Shown: positions 1-13,142 of the stretch, in pieces | Layout of the letters: the number at the start of each line of letters is the position of its first letter | Numbering within the stretch: position 1 is the first letter of the stretch | Source of the DNA: Actinomycetota bacterium | GTDB taxonomy: Bacteria > Actinomycetota > Acidimicrobiia > Spongiisociales > UBA11373 | Assembly: GCA_016870535.1 (NCBI GenBank) | Contig: VGBK01000005.1 | Coordinates: forward strand, 1 to 57,327 | Reading direction: 5' to 3' | DNA length: 57,327 bases | Made by a program: the position numbers and the translations under genes | The notes under the pieces: generated by a model | The model's database searches: none | What the model saw: the letters and a program-made list of their open reading frames with translations, nothing else | Told to the model about the DNA's origin: nothing

Positions 1-852
1 CTCGTCGTAGGACGTCTTCAGGGCGTAGTAGGTGCCGCGGAACACGACACCGAAGAGGTGGGCCACCGGCTCACCGTCGAGATGCAGCAGTTCGATCCGC
101 AGCCATCCTCGGGCGGCGCAGTCCCGAGCCACCCGGGTGTAGAAGGCTCGGGCCCCCGGCTCGGAGAGCAGCGAGGTTCCCTCCCGGTCCTTCCAACTCC
201 GACGCTCGATGCCCAGCACCTCGGTCAGAGCCCGGTCTGCTTGGGCGGCATCGGCGACACTGACCCACTTGGCGTCCCATTCCGCCTCGAGCCGCTTCCG
301 CTTGCGACTCAGCTGGTGACGGACGCGGCGATCCCGCGACCTCAGGTAATCGTCCCAGTCGCCCTCCAGGCGGATGATCGGGGTGCCCTCCTTCACGCGC
401 ATCACATGGCGGGAGCCGCACGCCTCGAACGCCGCCACCGCCGGGGAGGCGGCATCGCAGCAACGCAGCCGAACCCGGGAGCGTCGGCGGGTCCGCTCCA
501 GGTGGGCCAGCACCGCCTCGACCACCGGCCCCGGATCCCTGAACGCGAGCAGCGCGCAGCGCCGGGCATGCGGGTTCACCGGGGTGACCAGCGAGCGAGG
601 GCAGCCGATGCTTCCCTCCCGGTCGTCGAGCAGCGGCGCCAGGCCGACCAAGTCGTCGCCGTCGTATAGGAAGAGGAAGGCAAGGGGCCGACCCTTCCAG
701 TAGGTGTCCAGCCAGGCCGTGATCCACGGGTAGGTCTCGAACAACTCGGCGCCTGGAGCCCGTTCCGCCAGGTCCTCCCACTTCGCCCGGTGGCCGCTCA
801 AAGCCTCTGCCGACGTGATCTCCTCGACCCGCAGGCCGGCGCCGGTGCTCAT
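1..852 (-). CDS. GNAT family N-acetyltransferase (CelD/BcsL, Acetyltransf_6 type), runs off left edge
   Basis: Not in ORF track because it has no stop in the window. Manual translation from ATG 852: MSTGAGLRVEEITSAEALSGHRAKWEDLA...FETYPWITAW...LVGLAPL...GWLRIELLHLDGEPVAHLFGVVFRGTYYALKTSYDE. ATGA overlap with the upstream ORF. Confidence 0.8.
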   Translation of the reverse strand, partial: MSTGAGLRVEEITSAEALSGHRAKWEDLAERAPGAELFETYPWITAWLDTYWKGRPLAFLFLYDGDDLVGLAPLLDDREGSIGCPRSLVTPVNPHARRCALLAFRDPGPVVEAVLAHLERTRRRSRVRLRCCDAASPAVAAFEACGSRHVMRVKEGTPIIRLEGDWDDYLRSRDRRVRHQLSRKRKRLEAEWDAKWVSVADAAQADRALTEVLGIERRSWKDREGTSLLSEPGARAFYTRVARDCAARGWLRIELLHLDGEPVAHLFGVVFRGTYYALKTSYDE

Positions 853-1367
853 GCCCGCTCCAGCCAGGCTTCCTTCCAGAAGAGGAAGCAGGTGCGATGG
901 CACCCGGAGTAGTCGTCGGTGCCTCCGGCCGGGGGCTCGCAGTAGACCTCGTCGAGGATCACCGTGTGGCGAATCCGCAGCATGCGGCGGGTGCGCTCGT
1001 CGAAGAAGCGCTCCACTCGCTTGCGCACGGTGAACTCCCGGCCGCAGAAGGCGGCCTGCACCGGCATGAAGCCCAGGCCCTGGCAGTCGCCCACCTCGTC
1101 CAGCGTGGCCCGGATCTGCTCGAGGGGCCTCACCCGGACGCGCTCACCCTCCTGCAGGTGCAGCGGCGCCGGCACCACCGGTTCGGGGCCCCCCCGATAC
1201 GACTCGCGAGGACGGCGCGGCACCAGGCGCGCCTTCTCGAGCAGCAGGCGCGGGTCGGCGGCAACGCGGCCGGCCCGGCGCAGGAGGCGGGAGACGCGGA
1301 GACGCCGGCGCTGGCCGCGCGACAAGCCCGCGCCGGCGGCGGGCAGATTCTGCAACTGGCACTCCAT
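849..1367 (-). CDS. Conserved hypothetical Cys-rich protein (GE.VRVR..E.I.ATLD...CG...C...GC.R.C..FW.EAWLER type)
   Basis: 172 aa ORF with RBS GAAAGAGG; coupled to the GNAT gene; motif pattern recalled from uncharacterised proteins of polysaccharide loci. Confidence 0.75.
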   Translation of the reverse strand: MECQLQNLPAAGAGLSRGQRRRLRVSRLLRRAGRVAADPRLLLEKARLVPRRPRESYRGGPEPVVPAPLHLQEGERVRVRPLEQIRATLDEVGDCQGLGFMPVQAAFCGREFTVRKRVERFFDERTRRMLRIRHTVILDEVYCEPPAGGTDDYSGCHRTCFLFWKEAWLERA

Positions 1368-1485
1368 GTAGCCTCTTTCGGTGCGGGCGCGGCCCTACTG
1401 CTGCAGACTCATCGGGCCTCGGGGTTGAGTACTGAAGCCGAGTCGGGCAGTCCGGCGGGAGCATCCGGAGAGGGAAGCCCCTTCG

Positions 1486-1740
1486 CCTCCCCCGTGGGGA
1501 CGGGGAGGGAGGCGGCCAGGCCCGGCAAGCCGCCGGAGCGTAAAGCCCCTGTCTCCTCCCCCGCCCCAGCGGGGGAGGTGGGTGAGGCCGCCAGGCCGAA
1601 CCCGGAGGGGGCTGCTACCCACGTAAGCCTCCGCCGCGCCCTTCGCTTCCCTCCCCCCGACCCCCTCCCGCTGGAGCGGGAGGGGGAGTCGTCCGCTGCT
1701 CTCCCCGCCGCCGCGGAGGAGGGAACCCCACCCTGGGGTG
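1486..1740. repeat. Cluster of REP-like CCTCCC...GGGAGG palindromes
   Basis: Perfect stems cctcccccgc/gcgggggagg (1555-1578) and ccccctcccgct/agcgggaggggg (1661-1686); imperfect copies at 1486-1508 and about 1699-1723. Confidence 0.65.
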
Positions 1741-1748
1741 CTGCTACC

Positions 1749-2564
1749 TCACTGGATCTGCCACCACATGGTGACCGCGCCCTGCTCGGCGCCCAGGCTG
1801 AGCCGGCCGTCCTGCTCCACGACGCCGGGAGCCAGCAGGCCGGCCAGTTCTGCCCTCCGTTCCATAGGCACCAGCAGGCGCCTCCGGTAGAACTCCACCA
1901 GTTCCTGCAGGTCCGTGAAGAACATGCGGGCCCGGCCGCTCCAGTGCTCCACCTCGGGCGTTACTCCAAGCACCTCCGCGATCACGTCCAGCAGCAACCC
2001 GCCCGTAGGGCCGTCGGGGCGTTCCAGGCCGTGCAGGGCCCGGTAGTAGGGGATCAGGCCGGCCCAGGGGTGCCGCTCCCCCGCCTCCAGCACCACCGCC
2101 CTCCGGGCCACCCCGTGCAGCGCCCGGAGGAACGGGGCCAGGTCGGACACGTCGTACACCACGTGGGCGCAGACGGCGACGTCGTGACCCCCCACCGCGG
2201 CGGCCACCTCCGGCCAGGACCCCTCAATCACCCGCACCTCGACCCCGGCCGCTTCCGCCTCAGCCCGCAGCGCCGCCACCATGCCCGGGTTGCGCTCCAC
2301 GGCGGTGAGGGGATGGCCCGCGGCCGCCACCCCCAGCGAGGCCCGGCCGGTCCCCGCACCTACATCCAGCAGCGACCCGCCCTCCGGCAGCACCTCCCCC
2401 AGCACCCGGGCCGTCGGGCCGGAGGGGATTCCCGCCTCCTCACGCTGGAGCCGCCGGTAGAGATCTGCCGGCCAGACGTAAGGCGAATCGGGCACCGCCG
2501 CCAGCAGATCTGCCGGCAGGGCCCAGGCTTCCAGGCACGCCCGCCAGCGGGCGGCGGCGCTCAC
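1749..2564 (-). CDS. Class I SAM-dependent methyltransferase
   Basis: LLDVGAGTG motif I and DVAVCAHVVY; start placed at GTG 2564 (GTGA overlap with the SRPBCC stop). Confidence 0.85.
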   Translation of the reverse strand: MSAAARWRACLEAWALPADLLAAVPDSPYVWPADLYRRLQREEAGIPSGPTARVLGEVLPEGGSLLDVGAGTGRASLGVAAAGHPLTAVERNPGMVAALRAEAEAAGVEVRVIEGSWPEVAAAVGGHDVAVCAHVVYDVSDLAPFLRALHGVARRAVVLEAGERHPWAGLIPYYRALHGLERPDGPTGGLLLDVIAEVLGVTPEVEHWSGRARMFFTDLQELVEFYRRRLLVPMERRAELAGLLAPGVVEQDGRLSLGAEQGAVTMWWQIQ

Positions 2565-3040
2565 GCTGTGCCCAGGTAGTCCCGGCACCGGGCCAGCACC
2601 CCGCCCCAGGCGGAAGCGAAGTAGGCCGCGTCCTCATCCCACGCCGGGCCCTCGCCGAAGCCGGTCTGCACCAGGCGGATCCGCGTGGGCCCCTCCGGCG
2701 TTCCCCGGAAGGTGACCACGACCCAGGTGTGGAGAGGGCGGATCTCCGGGAGGTGCGGCGGCGCGTTCCACGAGAAGGCCAGCATCTCGCCCGGCACGTA
2801 GGCCAGGACGCGGCAGCCCTCGGCGCCCTGCTCCCCTTCCGGAGCGTCGAGCAGGAAGAGGATCTCGTAGCGCCCGCCGATGCGCAGGTCGATGCGCGCC
2901 TCGGCCCCCAGGAAGTTGACCACCCGCTGCGGGTCGACCCAGGCCTGCCAGGCGTCGGCCGGGGAGGTTGCCACCACGACCTCGTGCTCCACCCGACGCG
3001 TCGGCACCCCGGCCACGGCAAAGGATCCCAGATCGCTCAC
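2561..3040 (-). CDS. SRPBCC/AHSA1 (START-like) domain protein
   Basis: AWQAW, IDLRIGGRYEI, LAFSWNAPP, YFASAWGGVL pattern; TACGAT 6 nt before GTG. Confidence 0.85.
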   Translation of the reverse strand: MSDLGSFAVAGVPTRRVEHEVVVATSPADAWQAWVDPQRVVNFLGAEARIDLRIGGRYEILFLLDAPEGEQGAEGCRVLAYVPGEMLAFSWNAPPHLPEIRPLHTWVVVTFRGTPEGPTRIRLVQTGFGEGPAWDEDAAYFASAWGGVLARCRDYLGTA

Positions 3041-3062
3041 CTCGCGATCGTAACCCCGGCGC

Positions 3063-3908
3063 TCAGCGCAGGCCGGCGAAGAGGTCGGGGGCGTCCTCGG
3101 GCGAGGCCACCCGGGAGAACACCCGGATGAAGGCCTCCCGGCTGAAGGCCCGGCGCCGCACCTCCTCGGGGATGGTCAGCAGCCAACCCGTCTCGGCGAT
3201 CTGGGTGCGGTGGGCCAGGATCGCCGCCCACTTGCGGTCGAACCAGGGGGCCACGTCCACGAAGGTGCTGATGTGCTCCTCCATGGTCCCGGAGTCGGGT
3301 TCCACCTCTGCCTCCTCGGCGGGGATCTCCCCGGCCTCCGCCGCCAGGCGGCGGCGCTGGCGGGTGCGCTCCCGCGGCCAGGTGACCCAGTAGAGCTTGG
3401 CGGGCTGCCAGGCCTCCTCCCCCTGCTCCACAGGGAAGCGCCCCACGTCCGCCGCCCCGAAGAAGGCGGCGGTCCCCACCCGGTGCACCTGGATGTGGTC
3501 GGGATGCCCGTAGCCGCCGAAGGGGTCGTACGCCGTCATCACCTCGGGCCGGTATCGGCGGACGAGCCGCACCAGGCGGCCCACCGCCTCCAGGAAGTCG
3601 GCCCGGCAGAAGCATTCCGGGTGACCGTTCTCGGGAGTGCCCGCCATGCCCGAATCGCGATAGCCCAGGAACTCCACGGCCGTCACACCCAGGAGCGCGC
3701 CGGCGGCGCGGGTCTCCGCCTCGCGGATCTCCCCCAGGCGCTCGCGCAGCGACTCGGGCTCCTCATGGTTGAGGATCTCGCCGGCTTCGCCGCGAGTGGC
3801 CACGACCACCGCCACCTGCTCCCCGGCGGCGGCGTAGCGGGCCAGCGTGCCGCCCATGGACAGCGACTCGTCGTCGGGGTGGGCGTGGAAGGCGAGCAGT
3901 CCGGGCAC
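3063..3908 (-). CDS. PIG-L family deacetylase, MshB/Mca-like (mycothiol pathway)
   Basis: HAHPDDE, YRDSGM and GGYGHPDH motifs (MshB-like G rather than the P of Mca); start set at GTG 3908. Confidence 0.88.
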   Translation of the reverse strand: MPGLLAFHAHPDDESLSMGGTLARYAAAGEQVAVVVATRGEAGEILNHEEPESLRERLGEIREAETRAAGALLGVTAVEFLGYRDSGMAGTPENGHPECFCRADFLEAVGRLVRLVRRYRPEVMTAYDPFGGYGHPDHIQVHRVGTAAFFGAADVGRFPVEQGEEAWQPAKLYWVTWPRERTRQRRRLAAEAGEIPAEEAEVEPDSGTMEEHISTFVDVAPWFDRKWAAILAHRTQIAETGWLLTIPEEVRRRAFSREAFIRVFSRVASPEDAPDLFAGLR

Positions 3909-4014
3909 GGCGCGGCAGCGTAGCGAAGACCCGATGGCAGGCAACCGCGAGCCGCAGTTCTCGTGCGCCCCTGCCTGGCGGCGCGCGCGACGGGACGCGG
4001 CGTCGCGACTTCTG

Positions 4015-4430
4015 TTAGTCCGCCTCGGTATTCGGCACGGTTGCCAGGCGGCCGGCCCCCTCCACCGCCCCCGGGCTGCCGCCGGCCGCCCCGCCGAGAT
4101 CCGTCAGCGCCGCCGCCAGCAGCAGCGCCTGGCGACGGGCCTCCTCCACGGCCTCCGAGCCTTCTCCTTCGACTACCTGGGCCAGGTCGGTCAGCAGGGT
4201 CACCCGGTTGGCCACGATCTGCAGGAAGCCCCCCCGGACGGCCAGCACCACCTTCGGCCCGTCGACGGGGGTGATCGCCGCACTCCAGGGCACCAGGGAC
4301 GCCATGAGAGGCTGGTGGTTCGCCAGCACCCCGATCTCCCCCTCGGTGGTCCGGGTGATGAGGAACACCGCCTCTCCCGACCACAGCACCGCTTCGGGGC
4401 TGACGACGTCGAGGCGGAAGGCATTGGCCA

Positions 4431-4431
<1 letters not shown>
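4015..4431 (-). CDS. atpC: ATP synthase F1 epsilon subunit
   Basis: VVSPE, GEIGVLANHQP and GGF motifs; last gene of the atp operon. Confidence 0.95.
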
Positions 4432-6744
<2,313 letters not shown>

Positions 6745-6749
6745 GGCGG

Positions 6750-8264
<1,515 letters not shown>

Positions 8265-8279
8265 GGATGTGCCCTGCTC

Positions 8280-8816
8280 CTATCGCCGCTGCAGCGCTTG
8301 CCGCAGACCTTCCAAACGGTGCCGCAACGAGCCGTCGATCACGGTGTCCCCCACCCGGGCCACCACCCCGCCCAGCAGCGAGGGATCGATGACCGCCTTG
8401 ATCTCCACCTGCTTGCCGGTGGCCCGGCTCAGCGCCTCGGCCAGCCGCGCCGTCGTCTCCTCGTCGAGTTCCCGGGCGGTGCGCACCTCGGCCACAGCCC
8501 GCTCCCGCTCGGCCGCCGACAGCGCCGCCAGCCGGTCGGCTATGGCGGGCAGGTCGCGGCTGCGCTCCGCCGCCACCAACAGGTTCACCAGGTTCAGCGT
8601 CAGCGGCAGCACCCGGCTGCCCAGGAGGTCGGCCACGATCCCGTGCTTGCGCTCCGGGGGCAGGCGGGGGTCGCTCAGGGCGAGGCGAAGGTCCGCTGAG
8701 GACTCCAGCGCGCGCGCGATGCGGTACAACTCGTCGCTCACCCGGTCCGCCACTCCCTCGGCGCGCGCCAACTCGAGGAGGCCGGAGGCGTAGCCGCGGA
8801 CCCGGTCGTCGGCCAT
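8280..8816 (-). CDS. atpH: ATP synthase F1 delta subunit
   Basis: YASGLLELA...DPSLLGGVVARVGDTVIDGS; start ATG 8816. Confidence 0.95.
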   Translation of the reverse strand: MADDRVRGYASGLLELARAEGVADRVSDELYRIARALESSADLRLALSDPRLPPERKHGIVADLLGSRVLPLTLNLVNLLVAAERSRDLPAIADRLAALSAAERERAVAEVRTARELDEETTARLAEALSRATGKQVEIKAVIDPSLLGGVVARVGDTVIDGSLRHRLEGLRQALQRR

Positions 8817-8818
8817 GG

Positions 8819-9382
8819 CTAGCGGGGCATCCCTTCGAGTTCCTCGATGTAGCGGTCTACCAGGGCCTGCTGGACGGCGGCATCCACGCTGCCCGACACC
8901 ACCTTCTGAGCCAGTTCCAGCGAGAGGACGGCGACCAGATCGCGCATCTGGGCGGCGGCGCGCTCCTTGTCGGCCTCGATGGCTTCGCGCGAGCGACGGG
9001 TCAATTCGTCGGCCTCGGCTTTGGCCTTGGCCAGGATCTCGGCCCGCGCCGCCTCGGCGGAGCGCCGGCCTTCCTCGATAATCCGGTTGGCCTCGTCGCG
9101 CGCCCCGGACACCTCGCGCCGGCGCTCGGCCAGCAACCCCTCGGCCTTCACCTTGGCTTCCTCCGCCTCGGCGAGCGGCCGGCGTACGGCCTCCTGCCGG
9201 GCGGTGACCATCCGGCCGATCAGGCCGCGTCCCTTCCACCAGATGAACCCGAACACGATCAGGAAGGAGATGACCCCGGCCACCAACTCGTGCATGTTGG
9301 GAAGCACCAGGTCGATGCCGCGGGACTCACCCTCGGCCGCGGCCAGCAGGGCCCCGTGCGCCAGCAGTTTCAGCACGAACAC
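8819..9382 (-). CDS. atpF: ATP synthase Fo subunit b
   Basis: N-terminal TM followed by Ala/Glu/Arg coiled coil; position between atpE and atpH. Confidence 0.93.
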   Translation of the reverse strand: MFVLKLLAHGALLAAAEGESRGIDLVLPNMHELVAGVISFLIVFGFIWWKGRGLIGRMVTARQEAVRRPLAEAEEAKVKAEGLLAERRREVSGARDEANRIIEEGRRSAEAARAEILAKAKAEADELTRRSREAIEADKERAAAQMRDLVAVLSLELAQKVVSGSVDAAVQQALVDRYIEELEGMPR

Positions 9383-9389
9383 CGTCCTC

Positions 9390-9656
<267 letters not shown>

Positions 9657-10466
9657 TCAGTGCTCGGGATGCAGGGACGTCTGGATGTACACCGCCGCCA
9701 GCAGCGTGAAGATGTAGGCCTGCAGGATGGCGACGAAGACCTCGAAGGCGAAGATCGGGATCCCCAGGGCGAACCAGAGCACGCCCAGGACCGAAGTCCC
9801 ATCGAACCGGGTGATGAAGATGAGGCCGCCCACCATGAGGACGCTGAGCAGCATGTGGCCCGCCACCATGTTGGCGAAGAGCCGGACCGCCAGAGTCAGC
9901 GGCCGCAGCAGGAAGGTGGAGAAGAACTCGATGAGCCCCACCAGCGGGCGGAGGGCCAAGGGCACGCTCGACGGCCAGACGATGTCGCGCAGGTACTTGA
10001 AGCCGTTCCGGGCGAAACCCAGGATCACGAAGATCACCCAGGTGACCAGGGCCAGGAAGGCAGGGATGGCCATGCGCGAGGTCACGGGGAAGTTGACCAG
10101 CGGGGTGATGCCGAAGAGGTTCCCCACCAGGATGAACAGGAACAGCGACAGCAGGTAGGGGAAGTAGCGCACCCCCTCGGGGCCGATGACACCGACGGCC
10201 ACCTCGTCGCGCACGTAGCCCACCACGCCCTCGACCATGACCCCGAACCGGGTGGGTACCAGTCGAGGTCGGCGGTAGGCGGCCAGGAGCAGGGCGATAA
10301 CCACCAGCGCGGCCAGCACCATCAGCAGCATGGCGCGGTTCACCCCGAAGCCGCCGATGCTGAAAAGGGTGGGTGTCTCGAACAGCTCATTGGTGTTGGC
10401 CGGGGCACAGGCCGCCGGCTGAGCCGGATCGCACTCGATGGCGAGCACTACCTGATCTGCCGTCAT
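9657..10466 (-). CDS. atpB: ATP synthase Fo subunit a
   Basis: RPLTLAVRLFANMVAGH, LQAYIFTLL; start ATG 10466 (ATGA overlap). Confidence 0.96.
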   Translation of the reverse strand: MTADQVVLAIECDPAQPAACAPANTNELFETPTLFSIGGFGVNRAMLLMVLAALVVIALLLAAYRRPRLVPTRFGVMVEGVVGYVRDEVAVGVIGPEGVRYFPYLLSLFLFILVGNLFGITPLVNFPVTSRMAIPAFLALVTWVIFVILGFARNGFKYLRDIVWPSSVPLALRPLVGLIEFFSTFLLRPLTLAVRLFANMVAGHMLLSVLMVGGLIFITRFDGTSVLGVLWFALGIPIFAFEVFVAILQAYIFTLLAAVYIQTSLHPEH

Positions 10467-10849
10467 CCGCCTCTCCGTCGCCGCGACACCACGATCGCCT
10501 CCCAGCTGAGCAGCACCAGGTAGCTCGCCACCACGGCCACCGCCATCGCCGGCCGATCGACGTCCCAGATCCAGGCTACGCCGAACATCACCAGCATGAT
10601 GAGACCAAGCCGGATGATGAAGCCGCCGAGGGCAGCCGCATGATAGAGGCCCGGGGAGTGGCGGGCGGCCCACGAAAGCAGCAGTCCCGACAACACGAAG
10701 TTCCCTGCCACGACGGCCACTCCCGCCGCGGCGGCGACGGCGCCCGGACGGCCGCGCCAAAGCCACATCGCCGCCACCAGTACCGGCCCCACCACCAGCG
10801 CTCTCGCCGCGGTGGCTCGGCCCAGAGCGGCCTCAACGTCGGGGGTCAT
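10463..10849 (-). CDS. atpI: ATP synthase protein I (AtpI)
   Basis: Four-TM hydrophobic protein immediately upstream of atpB. Confidence 0.8.
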   Translation of the reverse strand: MTPDVEAALGRATAARALVVGPVLVAAMWLWRGRPGAVAAAAGVAVVAGNFVLSGLLLSWAARHSPGLYHAAALGGFIIRLGLIMLVMFGVAWIWDVDRPAMAVAVVASYLVLLSWEAIVVSRRRRGG

Positions 10850-11087
10850 CGAGCCTCGCGGCGTACTGCCACATCCTCCAGAACCCGGTCCCTGCTCCGG
10901 CGAAGATGCCGAAGATGGTGAGCCCCGGGCCGGTACCCAGCCACCGGTCGGCGAAGAAGCCCAGGAGGAAGCCGCTGAGCAGAGAGGCGAAGAAGGCGGC
11001 CGACTCGGCGCCGGAGGTGACCGCCCGGCCGAGACGACGAGAGACGGAGTCGGTGTGCTCCGAGCCGGAACCCTCGGCCGGGGGCAT
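10833..11087 (-). CDS. atpZ: AtpZ/AtpI-family small membrane protein
   Basis: MPPAEG...GFLLGFFADRWLGTGPGLTIFGIFAGAGTGF (G..+D.WLGT.P signature); C-terminal part of track ORF 10833..11654; start ATG 11087. Confidence 0.8.
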   Translation of the reverse strand: MPPAEGSGSEHTDSVSRRLGRAVTSGAESAAFFASLLSGFLLGFFADRWLGTGPGLTIFGIFAGAGTGFWRMWQYAARLDDPRR

Positions 11088-11698
11088 TACGGGCGCGGCC
11101 TCCGCCGCACCGGCGGCTTCGTTTCGCCGACCGGCCGATTGAGCGCCCGCCGCTCCGCCATGGCGTCGGCCCAGGCGAGCGCGGGCAGAGGGAGCAGCGG
11201 GGCCACGATCACGCCGATCAGCAGAGCGATGCGCAGCAGCACGAAGAGGTACACGGTGACCAGCACCGCGGCCAGCACCCGCCGTCCCACCGTGTGCTCC
11301 GGCTCCATCCGAAGCGCCACCAGGCCCCCGGCGCCGAAGCCGGCCACCATGGGGGTGTAGGGCTCCCCGGTCACGAACGGGAGCCACAGCCACATGGCGG
11401 CCCCGAGAACCCCGGCCACGGCAACGGCGCGCGCCGGGCGAACCCGCCGGGAAACCAGGGCCAGAGCGGTGAAGCCCGCCAGCATCAGCAGCAACCCCCC
11501 GCCCAGGGCGGCTCCGACGGCACGGGTGAAGGGCACCTCGGCCCCGGCCCTGATCTCCTCGACGGTGGTGTCGCCCAGCCAGAGGTTGAAGGCGAGCAAG
11601 ACCAGCCAGAAGGCGCCCGTCAGCAGGGCCGTCGCCACCCCGATGGCCGTCCACTTCCGCCGGGTGGAGGTGCGCTCACCCGCCTCCGAGCCGATCAC
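11087..11698 (-). CDS. Hypothetical multi-pass membrane protein
   Basis: 203 aa with about 5-6 hydrophobic segments; overlaps both tsaC and atpZ. Confidence 0.7.
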   Translation of the reverse strand: MIGSEAGERTSTRRKWTAIGVATALLTGAFWLVLLAFNLWLGDTTVEEIRAGAEVPFTRAVGAALGGGLLLMLAGFTALALVSRRVRPARAVAVAGVLGAAMWLWLPFVTGEPYTPMVAGFGAGGLVALRMEPEHTVGRRVLAAVLVTVYLFVLLRIALLIGVIVAPLLPLPALAWADAMAERRALNRPVGETKPPVRRRPRP

Positions 11699-12291
11699 GG
11701 CCCGCCCCAGACCACAGGACCGGAACGCACCACCCGGGGAGCGGGACCGGTGAAATCGACCACCGTCGATGGAGCCAGGCCCCCTCCCGGCCCGGGCAGG
11801 TAAGCGGCCACCCGCGCCCCGAACATCGCCCGGGCGCCGGCGGCGTCAACGGCCGGCACCTCGCCGGACCGGTTGGCGCTGGTCACCGCCAGGGGGCCCG
11901 AGGCCGTCAGCAGGGCGAGCGCCGCCGGGTGGTCGGGCACCCGGATCCCCACGGAGTCGCCCTCCGGGTCGCCGACCCATTCGGGCAGGCCCGGAACGCG
12001 GGGCACCACCACCGTCAGGGCGCCGGGCCAGTAGGCGCGCGCCGCCTCCAGGGCTGCCCCCTCGATCACCCCCAGCCGGGCGGCGTGCTCCACCGAGGCG
12101 GTCAGGATGGGGATGGGCTTGACCGCCGGCCGGCCCTTCAGCGCAAAGAGCGAGGCCACCGCCTCCGCGGAGAACGGGTCGGCCCCCAATCCGTACACGG
12201 TGTCCGTGGGCAGGCCCACCACCGCCCCCTTCCGCAGGGCGGCGACCGCCTGCGCCAGGTCGCAGGGCCGGGGAGCGCTCAGCGGCAGCAT
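11695..12291 (-). CDS. tsaC: L-threonylcarbamoyladenylate synthase (TsaC/Sua5/YwlC)
   Basis: PTDTVYGL, LKGRP..KP, WPGALT, TSANRSG; start ATG 12291. Confidence 0.93.
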   Translation of the reverse strand: MLPLSAPRPCDLAQAVAALRKGAVVGLPTDTVYGLGADPFSAEAVASLFALKGRPAVKPIPILTASVEHAARLGVIEGAALEAARAYWPGALTVVVPRVPGLPEWVGDPEGDSVGIRVPDHPAALALLTASGPLAVTSANRSGEVPAVDAAGARAMFGARVAAYLPGPGGGLAPSTVVDFTGPAPRVVRSGPVVWGGP

Positions 12292-13082
12292 GAAGCTCCT
12301 CTCCTCGCCACCACGAAGCGGGGGCGACCGGCCAGGTCGGCCCGCACCTCGCACTCGTACTCCCCGAAGAGGCCCAGGACGGCCTCGCCCTGAGTCTCGC
12401 CGATCTCACAGATCAGCCGGCCCCCGATGCCCAGCCACCAGTAGGCCTCGGCGGCCAGGCGGGCCAGCACCTCGGTGCCCTCCGGCCCGGCCACCAGGGC
12501 CTCCCGGGGTTCGTGGAGGCGGATCTCGCCGGGGAGGGCTTCCCACTCGGCGTCCGACAGGTAGGGAGGATTGGAGACGATCATCTCCACCCGGCCGCGG
12601 AGCCCTTCCGGCAGGGGCCCGAGCAGATCGCCCTCGAGGAAGGTGACCTCCAGGCCGTTGACGGCAGCGTTCTCCCGGGCCAGGTCGAGGGCCGTTGAGC
12701 TGAGGTCGATCCCGTACACCGGAGCGGTGGGGAAAGCGGCCCGGAGGGCGAGGGCCAGCGCCCCCGACCCCGTGCCCACATCGACCAGAGGAGTCCCCGG
12801 CCCGGCCTGCCCCAGCAGGCCCACGGCCAGTTCCCACAGTTGCTCGGTCTCGGGGCGGGGGATCAGCGCCCGGCGGTCTACCCGCACCTCCACCGGCCCA
12901 AAGGGGACCGTCCCCTCCAGGTACTGCAGAGGCTCCCCGTCCAGCCGGCGGCCGATGAGGGAATCGAGGCGGGCCTGCTCTTCGGGAGCAGTCACCGGCA
13001 CGGCGAGGAGAGCCGCCCGGGAGCGGCCCGTAGCCGTCATGGCCAGGCGCTCCAGTTCGTGCGAAGGCAGGGCGGACGCCAC
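12279..13082 (-). CDS. prmC: Release factor glutamine methyltransferase
   Basis: GEPLQY, ALIPRPETE, DVGTGSG, SNPPY. Confidence 0.95.
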   Translation of the reverse strand: MASALPSHELERLAMTATGRSRAALLAVPVTAPEEQARLDSLIGRRLDGEPLQYLEGTVPFGPVEVRVDRRALIPRPETEQLWELAVGLLGQAGPGTPLVDVGTGSGALALALRAAFPTAPVYGIDLSSTALDLARENAAVNGLEVTFLEGDLLGPLPEGLRGRVEMIVSNPPYLSDAEWEALPGEIRLHEPREALVAGPEGTEVLARLAAEAYWWLGIGGRLICEIGETQGEAVLGLFGEYECEVRADLAGRPRFVVARRGASCCR

Positions 13083-13142
13083 GGCACCATCATGCCAGGA
13101 CCACGGCGGCTAGCGTCGGCCGAGCCGAGCCGAGGAGTACCC

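Noticed and set aside
897-2579. 560-aa plus-strand ORF spanning the repeat region
   Set aside because: Antisense to two credible genes and reads through non-coding palindromes
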